Origin: Candidatus Syntropharchaeum caldarium
GTDB taxonomy: Archaea; Halobacteriota; Syntropharchaeia; Syntropharchaeales; Syntropharchaeaceae
DNA: 32,000 nucleotides
Direction: 5' to 3'
NCBI GenBank assembly: GCA_001766815.1
Contig: LYOS01000001.1
Location: 90,001 to 122,000, forward strand
A model generated the notes under the pieces. The model did no database searches. It worked only from the letters and a program-made list of their open reading frames with translations, and was not told the origin of the DNA. The translations under genes and the position numbers were made by a program. Positions 16,548 through 25,842 of the stretch are shown piece after piece. Numbering within the stretch: position 1 is the first letter of the stretch; each line of letters opens with the position of its first letter.

Positions 16548-17714
16548 TTATATACCCGCTCTCTGAAGGCGTTCTCTAAGGTCTGGCATCGCGGATAGTG
16601 CGCGCAACCAGTTCGGCATCTGCCTTGCTACAGGATCTTTGAGATATGACAATCCGGACTCCACTATCACGTTTGCAAACTGCTCCATCATGTACCCCTC
16701 AAGGTTGAGATCGTAGTCCAGATTGTTACAGACTGCCATCGCTCTGTACTGACGTATCTTATCTGCAGCCATACGCCTGTATGCTACTGCTATACTTATG
16801 AGTGCATCTTCAGATATTGTGAGTGCATACATCTCGGTGAGCGTCCGTAAGATAGTTATGAAGCATTCTCTTGCTACCCTGAGGATACCTTTATTTGTAC
16901 TCTGTGTCATCACCCGGTGCTTGTGCTCATAAATTCCAAGATCAACCTGACATGCGCGCTTGGGATGTGCGTTTCTGATAAATTCAGAGAGTGTTCCAAG
17001 CTCAAGCCCCCAACCACAGGCAACTCGCAGATTCAATGCGAGTTCCGTCGTTATTCCAACCTCACCAGAGAGTATGTATCGAAAAGACTGAAGAAACCGC
17101 AGATACTCCAGATCATAACCGAACTTCTCACATAGAACCTCGAGTATCGGAGTGATAAATAGGCGATATATCCTCCCATACATGACTTTATCTGCTGCAT
17201 CGATCCTTGCATAATAGCCTTTTGTGAACAAAAAACCAAGTTCCGGTTCAATAATTGGATACAGGAGCTTTGTTGGAATCATACGTGAATAACTGCGAAT
17301 GTCTCCATCATGCAAAGCAAACGCATCAAGTTCAAGGCTTGCGATACCAATAGCTATCCAGACATCACGTCCTTTACCTGTATATCGTGTTAGATCCAGA
17401 CCTGCGCTTGCAAGATCCTCGAAGACTTCATCTACAGCAGCACTGTTACACCAGATAATATCCTGTGGGATTTGAAGTCCTCCAAAAATCCTGGTACAGA
17501 GGTCATAACCCCTCTCTGATCCTGCAAACGCGATATATATTTTCTTGAGATAGGTACACTCATTGAGTTCGTCGACGATCTTTGATATCTCAGGATTTTT
17601 AAGATCACGTTCAAGCATTGGTATGATTACACCCGTTGAATATGTCCTCGAAAGTTCATGCATGCGCGTTGATAGATGGTCAAATTCAATGAAAATGTCA
17701 TGGATCGTTGTCAA
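16548..17714 (-). CDS. GT81-like glucosyl(mannosyl)-3-phosphoglycerate synthase
   Basis: It shows a GT-A pattern: GVIIPML, TGKGRDVW, ALHDGDIRSY (DxD-like), KGYYARI...YGRIYRLFITPIL, and LSGEVGIT...GWGLELGTL. It is convergent with and adjacent to the MpgP/GpgP-like phosphatase cluster. The TTG start at 17714 is uncertain (alternative ATG at 17663). Confidence 0.65.
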   Translation of the reverse strand: MTTIHDIFIEFDHLSTRMHELSRTYSTGVIIPMLERDLKNPEISKIVDELNECTYLKKIYIAFAGSERGYDLCTRIFGGLQIPQDIIWCNSAAVDEVFEDLASAGLDLTRYTGKGRDVWIAIGIASLELDAFALHDGDIRSYSRMIPTKLLYPIIEPELGFLFTKGYYARIDAADKVMYGRIYRLFITPILEVLCEKFGYDLEYLRFLQSFRYILSGEVGITTELALNLRVACGWGLELGTLSEFIRNAHPKRACQVDLGIYEHKHRVMTQSTNKGILRVARECFITILRTLTEMYALTISEDALISIAVAYRRMAADKIRQYRAMAVCNNLDYDLNLEGYMMEQFANVIVESGLSYLKDPVARQMPNWLRALSAMPDLRERLQRAGI

Positions 17715-17803
17715 TAGACCCTGATCAAAATCTATTCTGCCACCTCCCGCGAACTGTATATAACTTATTGCTCCAGCCCCTTATATAGATGACGCCTGCA
17801 GCC

Positions 17804-18460
17804 TCAAATCCCAAGCCCAAAGTAGATCCCTGCAAGGATCAATACGATACCAGATAGCATTTTTATGGCTGGAAGATGAGAAGATAAACCTTTTATCCTG
17901 TTTACAGATGCATTTGAGCCATAAGCAATCGCTAAAAAAGGTATTGCCATCCCTGCTGAGTACAGAAGAAGGAGAAGACTCCCATACATAAATTCAGCAT
18001 CTGCAGCAACCATAGCGAGGATCGATCCAAGCATAGGACCTATGCATGGCACCCAGACAACACCAAGTGTTAAACCGAGTAGAAAACCTCCTCCAGCGCC
18101 GTTTATCTCACCTCCAACATTTGCTCGCAACCGATCAAAAATTCCATTGGAAGGGACTTTCATGAGTAAAGGGGACAAATGTTCCTCAAAAAGGATGTAT
18201 AAGCCCATAATAACCATGATCAGACCTGCGAGATGGTGCAGAAGATCGTTGAAGGCAGACATAATCTGCCCAAAAGTTGAAGCAACGATTCCCATTACGA
18301 CAAAAGAGATTGATAAACCAGATACGAGTGCGATCGGTACAAATTTACCCGCCTTTGCTGCATAAGCTGCGATGACGGGGATTACAGGAAGCACGCATGG
18401 CGTGAGGATGCTCAAAATCCCGAACAAAAATGCAAGAATTGGCAACGGGAGATCTAACAT
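17804..18460 (-). CDS. ccdA: Cytochrome c biogenesis/thiol-disulfide transporter CcdA (DsbD family)
   Basis: 218 aa polytopic membrane protein with LTPCVLPVIP and WVPCIGPMLG, the two conserved Cys motifs. Confidence 0.85.
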   Translation of the reverse strand: MLDLPLPILAFLFGILSILTPCVLPVIPVIAAYAAKAGKFVPIALVSGLSISFVVMGIVASTFGQIMSAFNDLLHHLAGLIMVIMGLYILFEEHLSPLLMKVPSNGIFDRLRANVGGEINGAGGGFLLGLTLGVVWVPCIGPMLGSILAMVAADAEFMYGSLLLLLYSAGMAIPFLAIAYGSNASVNRIKGLSSHLPAIKMLSGIVLILAGIYFGLGI

Positions 18461-18465
18461 CTATT

Positions 18466-18954
18466 TCACCTCAGATAAAGCCATAATCCAGCGATTATCA
18501 GAAGTAAGAGGCTGATGCCAAAATCGGGGGCGTTATTTGTCGCGGGTGGTGGATGCCCCTCGAGGATTGCCTTCAGGTAGGATTTAAATGTTGGTGCATC
18601 CCGGTAGCCGGGTAATCTGAGTAACTCATTGCCATCTGAATCAAGAAAGATGGTCGTCGGATAACCTGTGACATGGTACTCTGAAATAAGGCTACGATTC
18701 CCCTGGACCTCAATGCAGACAAAGTTTCTGGTAAGTCCGATCACATCAGGATCCACAAAGGTCTTTGAGTTCATCTGTGTACACCAGTAGCATGAATTTG
18801 AATGGAAGTAGACCATCGCAATCCTGCCTTCGGAAGCTGCAAGTTTCATCCCCTCATCATAGGAATGCCACTCGATAGCTGCTGCACCGTTTGCAGGTAT
18901 GGATGCAAGAAAGAGGATGAATATGACAATAAGTGATATTAAAATCTTCTTCAT
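18466..18954 (-). CDS. Secreted thioredoxin-fold protein (CYWC active site) with a C-terminal PGF-CTERM-like anchor
   Basis: It has a signal peptide (MKKILISLIVIFILFLASIPANG), YFHSNSCYWC, YPTTIFLD (cis-Pro region), and the tail PPPATNNAPDFGISLLLLIIAGLWLYLR. Confidence 0.75.
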   Translation of the reverse strand: MKKILISLIVIFILFLASIPANGAAAIEWHSYDEGMKLAASEGRIAMVYFHSNSCYWCTQMNSKTFVDPDVIGLTRNFVCIEVQGNRSLISEYHVTGYPTTIFLDSDGNELLRLPGYRDAPTFKSYLKAILEGHPPPATNNAPDFGISLLLLIIAGLWLYLR

Positions 18955-18975
18955 AAAATTCTTTTACATTTTCAT

Positions 18976-20097
18976 TTATATATCTTTATTGCTCTCAACC
19001 TCAAGGATTTTTTGGAGGTTGCCCTTTGTTGTGGGTTTATCTGGTGTTGCCAGGCATTCATCCTTCATCGATGTGCATACATCATAGACCCCGATCGCCC
19101 TTGCCATCGCCTCAATCCGATTCTTATCGAGCCCGATCAGCGGACGAAATACCGGGATCTTTACCGCATGATCGAGGATAAAAAGATTATCAAGTGTCTG
19201 TGATGCCACCTGACCAAGCGATTCACCTGTAACAATTCCTTTAGCGCCTTCACGCACCGCAATTTCCTCTATAACCCTGTACATCCTCCTTTTACACAGT
19301 AGGCAGGTGTGATTTTCAATTTTTGCATCAGAGAGTATGCGCCTGATATCACTCAGAAAGTCACCGTGTGAGATTACGAGGAGCTCAAGATCCCGCTGAT
19401 ACCTCTTTAAAAACGATGTAACCTTCTCTGCCCGCATCCTGCCATCATGTGCAGAAAAAGCCCCAAGATCGAAATGAACGGGTATAATCTTGCAGCCTCT
19501 ATGCATCATCAACCACGTCGCAACTGCTGAGTCAACACCACCTGAGAAGAGCGCCACGACTTCCCCCTCCACCCCTGGCGGAAGTCCACCTGCACACTCT
19601 ATCACCTCATCGAAGATATAACAATCATTATCCCGTATCTCAATATAGATCCTGTAATCAGGATTTTCAAGATCGACCCATAGATCTGGGTGATGATCAA
19701 GGATCAGCCCACCGATCCTGGCTGCCATCTCCTGAGAGGTGAAATCATGCTTGCCCGATCTTTTAACCTTAACAGCAAAGCTGAACCCACTCCTATCCCG
19801 AACTCGCTCATTCCAGAATGAGAGCACGCGATCTTCAAGCTCCTGAAGTTTACAGTGATCACATTTTGAGTAGGATTGAATCCCAAAGATCCATCTCAAT
19901 CGTTCTTCGCATTCAGGGCTGATCTCATTCTCGATCCAGATCCTTCCCCTGCCACGCCTGAGTTTTGCACCACCAACCACCTTTCTGATCTCAGATATGA
20001 GTATATTTTCCCATCTTCGCTTCACACCCTCGGATTTGAGAAATATCTCAGCCGTTGGTCTTACCAGAATTACCTTTAAATCCCTTCCCAATGACAT
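18976..20097 (-). CDS. thiI: tRNA 4-thiouridine synthase ThiI (THUMP + PP-loop, no rhodanese domain)
   Basis: It has a THUMP region, the PP-loop LFSGGVDS, a CLLC pair and later Cys residues as in methanogen-type ThiI. The track start at 20154 lies deep inside rlmE, so ATG 20097 (MSLGRDLKVILVRP) is preferred. It still overlaps the rlmE 3' end by 50 nt. Confidence 0.85.
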   Translation of the reverse strand: MSLGRDLKVILVRPTAEIFLKSEGVKRRWENILISEIRKVVGGAKLRRGRGRIWIENEISPECEERLRWIFGIQSYSKCDHCKLQELEDRVLSFWNERVRDRSGFSFAVKVKRSGKHDFTSQEMAARIGGLILDHHPDLWVDLENPDYRIYIEIRDNDCYIFDEVIECAGGLPPGVEGEVVALFSGGVDSAVATWLMMHRGCKIIPVHFDLGAFSAHDGRMRAEKVTSFLKRYQRDLELLVISHGDFLSDIRRILSDAKIENHTCLLCKRRMYRVIEEIAVREGAKGIVTGESLGQVASQTLDNLFILDHAVKIPVFRPLIGLDKNRIEAMARAIGVYDVCTSMKDECLATPDKPTTKGNLQKILEVESNKDI

Positions 20098-20659
20098 AAA
20101 TCTCAGCACTTTCCTTTCTCGATGCAAGTGGCGTGTAGGCGTTCGTCTTATCAAATCTCAGTGATACTTCCTTGAAAAATCTTCTGTACATATCTCCCTG
20201 GAAGACCTTGACAACAAAGTTTCCACCAGGCTTCAGGATCTTCTCTGAGATCTCAAGTGCGGTCTCTGCAAGATCGATAGAACGCCCATGATCCCATGAC
20301 CAGTTACCCGACAGGTTTGGAGAGGCATCAGATAGGACTGTATCTATCTTTTTACCCTCTGTGAACTCCATGATTCGTTCGATAAGTTCAGGATGTTTCA
20401 TATTCATTTTGAGCGTGAAAACGCCATCGATCGGCTCGATTCGTAGAAGATCAACACCTATCACAGTTCCTTTCTTGCCGGCAATTTCTTTTGCAACCTG
20501 AAGCCAACCTCCAGGCGCTGCACCGAGATCCAGAACTCTGTATCCTTTTCTGATCACACCAAACCGTTCATTGATCTGGATCAGTTTGAAGGAAGCACGG
20601 GAGCGATAGCCCCATCGTTTAGCCTCCTTCCAGAAGTAATCGTGTCTTCGCCTTGCCAT
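20048..20659 (-). CDS. rlmE: 23S rRNA (uridine-2'-O)-methyltransferase RlmE/FtsJ
   Basis: The motifs are YRSRASFKLIQINERF, VLDLGAAPGGW, VLSDASPN and VVKVFQG. Confidence 0.9.
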   Translation of the reverse strand: MARRRHDYFWKEAKRWGYRSRASFKLIQINERFGVIRKGYRVLDLGAAPGGWLQVAKEIAGKKGTVIGVDLLRIEPIDGVFTLKMNMKHPELIERIMEFTEGKKIDTVLSDASPNLSGNWSWDHGRSIDLAETALEISEKILKPGGNFVVKVFQGDMYRRFFKEVSLRFDKTNAYTPLASRKESAEIYVIGKGFKGNSGKTNG

Positions 20660-21207
20660 TACTTTTTAGCGCGCTCAAACTTCTGCGTGACCATATCTAC
20701 AGCAAAGTACTCTCCTCCAATATGGCAGAGTGGTTTGAATACCTCTGGCGTGAGCACTCCATCCCAACTCTCTCCTTTAACACCCACTGCAACAACTCTG
20801 CCTGTAATCCAGATGTGATCTCCGAGTTCCACTGCCTGTTCAAATTTACACTCGATCCATGCGATCGCTTCTCTGATTCTTGGTGGCTTTACGAGATCTG
20901 ATGCCTCCTCGTTAAGTCCCGCTTTCTCAATCTCACTAACATCTGGCGGGAACTTCTCCTCAAGAATTTTCATAACGCTACCAAGATCTTTTCCAGCTAC
21001 ATTCACGACAAACTCCGACGTCTCCTGAATGTTTCGCCACGTGTCATGCGCCGGGTGGCACGAAAAACCATAAAGTGGCGGTTCAAAGCTCACGGGTGAG
21101 TTGAAACTGAAAGGTGCAGCGTTTGAGGTGCCGCCCTTCGAGACTGTTGTTATCACAACGGTAGGCCTTACCAAAAGTTTTGGATATTCACTGGCACAGA
21201 GTTTCAT
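20659..21207 (-). CDS. Flavin reductase-like FMN-binding protein (flavoredoxin family)
   Basis: 182 aa, with VITTVSKGGTSNAAPFSF...F..N and ECKFEQAVELGDH..ITG, as in flavin_Reduct domains. The stop overlaps the rlmE ATG (TAATG). Confidence 0.75.
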   Translation of the reverse strand: MKLCASEYPKLLVRPTVVITTVSKGGTSNAAPFSFNSPVSFEPPLYGFSCHPAHDTWRNIQETSEFVVNVAGKDLGSVMKILEEKFPPDVSEIEKAGLNEEASDLVKPPRIREAIAWIECKFEQAVELGDHIWITGRVVAVGVKGESWDGVLTPEVFKPLCHIGGEYFAVDMVTQKFERAKK

Positions 21208-21349
21208 GATATGTGATACGATCCCGTAGGATAAGGACTTTTCGCCTATATTTATATGATCTTCATAACAACGTCTTCTGCGTTCACGTCCATTGTAGTG
21301 GCGAATTTAAAGAGTTAATTTTATTAAGTGAGATGCGGGAATGAAGTGC

Positions 21350-21580
21350 ATGGGAAATGTAAGACCCAACTATATAAAAACAGTGGGTGAAAATCTGCTT
21401 CGAACTTTCAAGGATGATTTCACGGGTGACTTTGACGAGAACAAGGAGCTTGTCAGGCGATACACGAATGTCAAGAGCAAGACGATACGAAACAGGATTG
21501 CAGGATATATCACCTCGCGGATAAACGGTGAGAGACGTAGAGAACACAGGATGCGCGGTGAGGACGAGGCATATGCTTAA
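21350..21580 (+). CDS. rps17e: 30S ribosomal protein S17e (eS17)
   Basis: The sequence is MGNVRPNYIKTVGENLLRTFKDDFTGDFDENKELV...SKTIRNRIAGYIT. The track start at 21341 adds MKC. Confidence 0.88.
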   Translation: MGNVRPNYIKTVGENLLRTFKDDFTGDFDENKELVRRYTNVKSKTIRNRIAGYITSRINGERRREHRMRGEDEAYA

Positions 21581-22451
21581 AGGCACCTATGCCGCAATTA
21601 TAACACCATTTAACCGTGATGGAAGCCTGGATCTTGAAAGTCTGCGAGAACTTATCTCGTTCATAGCAGAAAAAGGTGCTGCAGGGATTGTACCATGTGG
21701 TACAACAGGTGAATCCGCAACACTCACACATCTTGAGCATAAAGAGGTTATAAAAGCCTCGATCGATGCAGCACCATCCAACTTTACCGTAATTGCGGGA
21801 ACAGGTTCGAATAACACGGAAGAAGCTGTCGAACTTACAAAGTACGCAAAAGACGTGGGAGCGGATGCCACACTTCAGATTACACCATATTACAACAAAC
21901 CAAACCGAAAAGGGATCATCGGACACTTTGGTGCCATCTCTGAAGCAGCAGATCTACCGATCATACTCTATAACATCAAATCAAGGACAGGACTCAATCT
22001 CCCGCCCGATCTGATCCAGGAGTTATCAGAAGATGAACGGATAATAGGCGTTAAAGAGGCGAGTGGCGATATCTCACAGGTATCAAAGATAATCGAGCTG
22101 ACAAGAGATCGCGATTTTTTTGTTCTTGCAGGTGATGATGCCTCAACCATCCCGATTGTGGCACTCGGTGGTGTGGGGGTGGTCTCAGTTGCAGCAAACA
22201 TCATACCGGCAGAGATGTCTAATCTCACAGCAAAAGCGCTTTCAGGCGACTTTGAGGGGGCAAGAAATCTTCACTATGAACTTGCCCCGTTATTTGAAGC
22301 GCTCTTTCTGGAGACAAATCCAATACCAGTCAAGAAGGCTGCCTCGCTCATGGGGCTCTCAGGCGGCACCCTTCGGCTACCGCTTGCAGATCTAAGCAGA
22401 GAGAATGAGATAAAACTTGAGAACGTCCTTTCTGGAATGGGTCTTATATGA
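21573..22451 (+). CDS. dapA: 4-hydroxy-tetrahydrodipicolinate synthase
   Basis: The sequence is MLKGTYAAIITPF...GIVPCGTTGESATL...TPYYNKP...GVKEASGD. The track start at 21528 overlaps rps17e. The ATG at 21573 overlaps the rps17e stop by 8 nt. Confidence 0.93.
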   Translation: MLKGTYAAIITPFNRDGSLDLESLRELISFIAEKGAAGIVPCGTTGESATLTHLEHKEVIKASIDAAPSNFTVIAGTGSNNTEEAVELTKYAKDVGADATLQITPYYNKPNRKGIIGHFGAISEAADLPIILYNIKSRTGLNLPPDLIQELSEDERIIGVKEASGDISQVSKIIELTRDRDFFVLAGDDASTIPIVALGGVGVVSVAANIIPAEMSNLTAKALSGDFEGARNLHYELAPLFEALFLETNPIPVKKAASLMGLSGGTLRLPLADLSRENEIKLENVLSGMGLI

Positions 22452-23152
22452 TAAGAGTTGCTGTTAGCGGCGCCAATGGCAGGATGGGGCGCCTTATCGT
22501 CGAAAGAATAAAACAGGAAGAAGGGATTGAAACTGTTGCGGCCTTCGATCTCGTTGGAGAGGGAGTTTCGCATCCCGACAGGATGAGTGAAGTCCTTAGC
22601 GAGCGGGATGTCGATGTGCTTGTTGATTTCACGATTGCAGATGCCGTGCGTCTGAATGCAATTACAGCTGCAGAAGCCGGTGTTAATCTTGTTATTGGAA
22701 CAACTGGCATGAGTGATGAAGATCTTGAAGCGATTAGATCTGAGATCAAAGATAAAGTTGCGGCTGTGATCTCACCTAACTTCTCGATCGGTGTGAACCT
22801 TCTGTGGAGACTCATCAAAGATGCTGCAGATATGCTCGATGGCTATGATATCGCAATCATCGAAGCACACCACAGAACAAAGCTTGATGCACCCAGTGGT
22901 ACCGCGCTCAGAGCCGCAGGACTACTTCAGGAAATGGGAAAACATGTAGATCTCCATGCGATAAGAGGTGGAGATATCGTCGGGGATCATACGGTGCTCT
23001 TCTCTGGCATCGGGGAACGGCTTGAGATCACACATCGTGCACATAGCAGAGATGCGTTCGTGAATGGTGTGATCCGTGCGATCAGATGGGTCAATAGAAG
23101 GGAACAGGGGATCTACTCGATGGATGATGTTATGGAATCCACTACTCGCTGA
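22448..23152 (+). CDS. dapB: 4-hydroxy-tetrahydrodipicolinate reductase
   Basis: The sequence is MIRVAVSGANGRMGR...GTTG...SPNFSIGVN...EAHHRTKLDAPSGTA. An ATGA overlap links it to dapA. Confidence 0.92.
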   Translation: MIRVAVSGANGRMGRLIVERIKQEEGIETVAAFDLVGEGVSHPDRMSEVLSERDVDVLVDFTIADAVRLNAITAAEAGVNLVIGTTGMSDEDLEAIRSEIKDKVAAVISPNFSIGVNLLWRLIKDAADMLDGYDIAIIEAHHRTKLDAPSGTALRAAGLLQEMGKHVDLHAIRGGDIVGDHTVLFSGIGERLEITHRAHSRDAFVNGVIRAIRWVNRREQGIYSMDDVMESTTR

Positions 23153-23411
23153 CCGATATTGCTTCTAACTGACTCGCGATACCCCAGATCAATGTTCTCG
23201 TATGAAATGGTATATTTGGGTCATTTGTAAGATCGTCAAGCATCGAAATCACAAATGCAGCACGCTCTGGTATGGGGTCAGTTGATTCAACCAGATTAGT
23301 CTTTATTTGATCTGCCAGTCGCCTTATATTGCGGGGAACGGAGTTATCATTAATGACGCGATCGAGTGTTTCTATGCATTTGTTTAAATCTTCATTTAAA
23401 TCAGAGGTCAT
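23142..23411 (-). CDS. UPF0147-family small helical protein
   Basis: The sequence is MTSDLNEDLNKCIETLDRVINDNSVPRNIRR...LDDLTNDPNIPFHTRTLIW. A GGTGGTGGTGAG SD precedes the ATG at 23411. The track start at 23438 is less likely. Confidence 0.7.
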   Translation of the reverse strand: MTSDLNEDLNKCIETLDRVINDNSVPRNIRRLADQIKTNLVESTDPIPERAAFVISMLDDLTNDPNIPFHTRTLIWGIASQLEAISVSE

Positions 23412-23499
23412 CTCACCACCACCTTTTTTCAATCCCACTCACATGATCCATCTAAAAAGTCTTTCGGTTTAGTTATATGTGTGACCCATGTGATTATGA

Positions 23500-24177
23500 T
23501 CATGGAACTATAATAATACGTTCACCCGATGGATGACTCCTGTTTTCAATCGAACTTGAGACATTATCAAGATACTTCGCTCCACGCTTCATCGCTTCCT
23601 CTATCTCGCTGTCTAAAGGTCTTCGTGAGAGATCTCCAACAGGCACGTACCTCATGATCTTCAGGGCAATATCTCCCACTGATGCGAGAAAACGGGCGAT
23701 AGCTTCGATCTCGGGGGCATCCACGATGCCTGGGATATAGACTGTACTCACCTCAAAATCAAGCCCCTTCTCATAGAGGAGACGTATCGCCTCAAGAACA
23801 TTCCGGTTGTCCATACCTGTGTACCATCGATGCAGTTCAGGATTAAGCGCTTTCAGGTCTATATGTACGGTGACATTCTTGATCTGGTCGATGAGTTCTG
23901 CATCCAGCAGGTAGCCATTTGTGGAGAGAATAACTCTATCCTGCTCCAGCTCATCTATGAGTTCAAGTAACCCCTCCCGATTGATCGTTGGTTCACCGCC
24001 TGCAAGCATAACCTCTTTATCAGGCGGTATGTACGCTGCAAGTTCTTTACCTCTCATCGTTTTTCCACCTTTTTGCCGTTCTTTGCTGAAACAGCCCCTG
24101 CATCTGAAGTTACAGCCTGCGAACTGCACCGTACATCGCTTATCTGATATTGCGAGGTATGAAACATCGATAGTCAT
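23500..24177 (-). CDS. Radical SAM protein (PflA/activase-like, COG1180-type)
   Basis: CNFRCRGC (CX3CX2C) lies near the N-terminus, followed by the GGEPT SAM-binding motif. A 4-nt overlap links it to the argC stop. Confidence 0.75.
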   Translation of the reverse strand: MTIDVSYLAISDKRCTVQFAGCNFRCRGCFSKERQKGGKTMRGKELAAYIPPDKEVMLAGGEPTINREGLLELIDELEQDRVILSTNGYLLDAELIDQIKNVTVHIDLKALNPELHRWYTGMDNRNVLEAIRLLYEKGLDFEVSTVYIPGIVDAPEIEAIARFLASVGDIALKIMRYVPVGDLSRRPLDSEIEEAMKRGAKYLDNVSSSIENRSHPSGERIIIVP

Positions 24178-25181
24178 GGATATAGACAGGGATTCATCAG
24201 TCCGGTTCGCTCATCCAGCCCAAAGACAAGGTTCATATTCTGAACTGCCTGTCCTGATGCACCCTTAACAAGATTATCAATTGCAGAGATTACAACGAGC
24301 CTATCTGACCCTTCCTGGAGTTGAAAACCAATATCACAGAAGTTAGATCCCCTGACAGAGGTAAGATCGGGGATCCCCTTAAGTCTAACAAATGGTTTAT
24401 CGCCGTAGAATTTATCGAAGATTGCCTGTACCTCATCCTCATCGACGTCTTCTTCGAGAATGATGTGTGCGGTCGTGAGAATTCCCCGGATCGATGGAAT
24501 AACATGCGGCGTGAAACTGATCTTTGCTGGATTAAGTTCTTTAAGTTCCTGGATCATCTCATGCAGGTGTCGATGTGCTGTGACCTTGTATGGTTTTATG
24601 TTCTCTGCGAGATTCGGGTAGTGTGATACTGCAGTAGGTTCAGCACCTGCCCCTGATACGCCAGATTTCGAGTCGAAGATAACTCGATTGACAATTCCAG
24701 CTCTAACAAGCGGTGCTGCTGCGAGAATTGCACCTGTTGGATAGCAACCTGGATTTGCAACAAGATTTGCGCCTTCAGGTGCTGGATTAATCTCGCACAG
24801 ACCATAAACAACACCACTTCTTGGATCGCTGTGTGGGACCCCATAAACATCTTCATAGACCGCCGGATCAAGCCTGTAATCAGCACTCAGATCGATCACC
24901 CGGCATCCATGTTTTAAGATCTCTGGTACATACGCCATTGCACGCGTGTGCGGTACAGCGGTGAAGATGATATCTGTGCGTACGGCGATCGAGTCAATCG
25001 AGACATCTTCAAACTTCAGGTCGATCAGCCCTGTGAGATGTGGGTATATGTCAGCAATCGCTTTTTCTGCAAATCTTCTCGATGTTACAGCAGCGATCTC
25101 AACTTCCGGGTGGTTAAGAAGGATTCTTATGAGTTCAAGACCTGTATAACCCGAACCGCCGATTATACCAACTTTGATCAT
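24174..25181 (-). CDS. argC: N-acetyl-gamma-glutamyl-phosphate reductase
   Basis: The sequence is MIKVGIIGGSGYTGLELIRIL...NPGCYPT (active-site Cys)...SGVSGAG...DNLVKGASGQAVQNMN. Confidence 0.94.
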   Translation of the reverse strand: MIKVGIIGGSGYTGLELIRILLNHPEVEIAAVTSRRFAEKAIADIYPHLTGLIDLKFEDVSIDSIAVRTDIIFTAVPHTRAMAYVPEILKHGCRVIDLSADYRLDPAVYEDVYGVPHSDPRSGVVYGLCEINPAPEGANLVANPGCYPTGAILAAAPLVRAGIVNRVIFDSKSGVSGAGAEPTAVSHYPNLAENIKPYKVTAHRHLHEMIQELKELNPAKISFTPHVIPSIRGILTTAHIILEEDVDEDEVQAIFDKFYGDKPFVRLKGIPDLTSVRGSNFCDIGFQLQEGSDRLVVISAIDNLVKGASGQAVQNMNLVFGLDERTGLMNPCLYP

Positions 25182-25244
25182 AACTCACCTTTTGGCTGGA
25201 GTAATATTTATATCCTCACATGTCAAGATGGGGTCAGAGACTAT

Positions 25245-25520
25245 ATGAAGATCACCCCCAATAATCTGATATATCATGAGCTTATCGGTCTGGATGTGGT
25301 GGTTGAAGCAAATACAGCAAAATCCATGATCGGAATCGCTGGTAAAGTCGTAGATGAGACACGTAATATGCTTGTAATAGAAAAACGAGGTGTAGAGAAG
25401 ATGGTACCAAAGTCCCAGTCGGTCTTTTGCTTTCGCATGGAAGATGGAAGTGAAGTAAGGGTTGAAGGCAAACTGCTTCTCGCAAAACCAGAGGATAGAA
25501 CAGGTAAACTGAGGAGATAA
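25245..25520 (+). CDS. rnp1: RNase P protein component 1 (Rpp29/Pop4)
   Basis: The sequence is [46 protein letters not shown]...PEDR, in the canonical position just upstream of rps17. The track ORF (24948) is extended antisense into argC. Confidence 0.85.
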   Translation: MKITPNNLIYHELIGLDVVVEANTAKSMIGIAGKVVDETRNMLVIEKRGVEKMVPKSQSVFCFRMEDGSEVRVEGKLLLAKPEDRTGKLRR

Positions 25521-25521
25521 T

Positions 25522-25842
25522 ATGCCAAGAGATATAGGGATTGATGTCACACCACCAGATAATGAATGCACAGATCATAATTGTCCATTTCATGGCAAAC
25601 TTGGTGTTAGAGGTCAAATATTTGAAGGAACGGTTTTGAGTAGCAGGATGGATAAGACAGTTGTCGTCGAGCGCGAGTATCTGAAGATGATAAAGAAATA
25701 CGAACGGTACGAGAAGCGAAGGTCAATATTTCATGCTCACAACCCCACCTGCATCGATGCAAAGGAAGGAGACACAGTAAAGATTATGGAGTGCCGGCCT
25801 TTGAGTAAAACAAAGAATTTTGTGGTGATTGAGAAACTATGA
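25522..25842 (+). CDS. rps17: 30S ribosomal protein S17 (uS17)
   Basis: 106 aa, with [28 protein letters not shown] and [16 protein letters not shown]. Confidence 0.95.
   Translation: MPRDIGIDVTPPDNECTDHNCPFHGKLGVRGQIFEGTVLSSRMDKTVVVEREYLKMIKKYERYEKRRSIFHAHNPTCIDAKEGDTVKIMECRPLSKTKNFVVIEKL

Noticed and set aside
21284-21926. Minus-strand ORFs 21284-21586 and 21510-21926 (100 and 138 aa, Cys-rich)
   Set aside because: They are antisense to rps17e and dapA, both of which have unambiguous family motifs. The Cys/Phe richness is a mirror-frame artefact.
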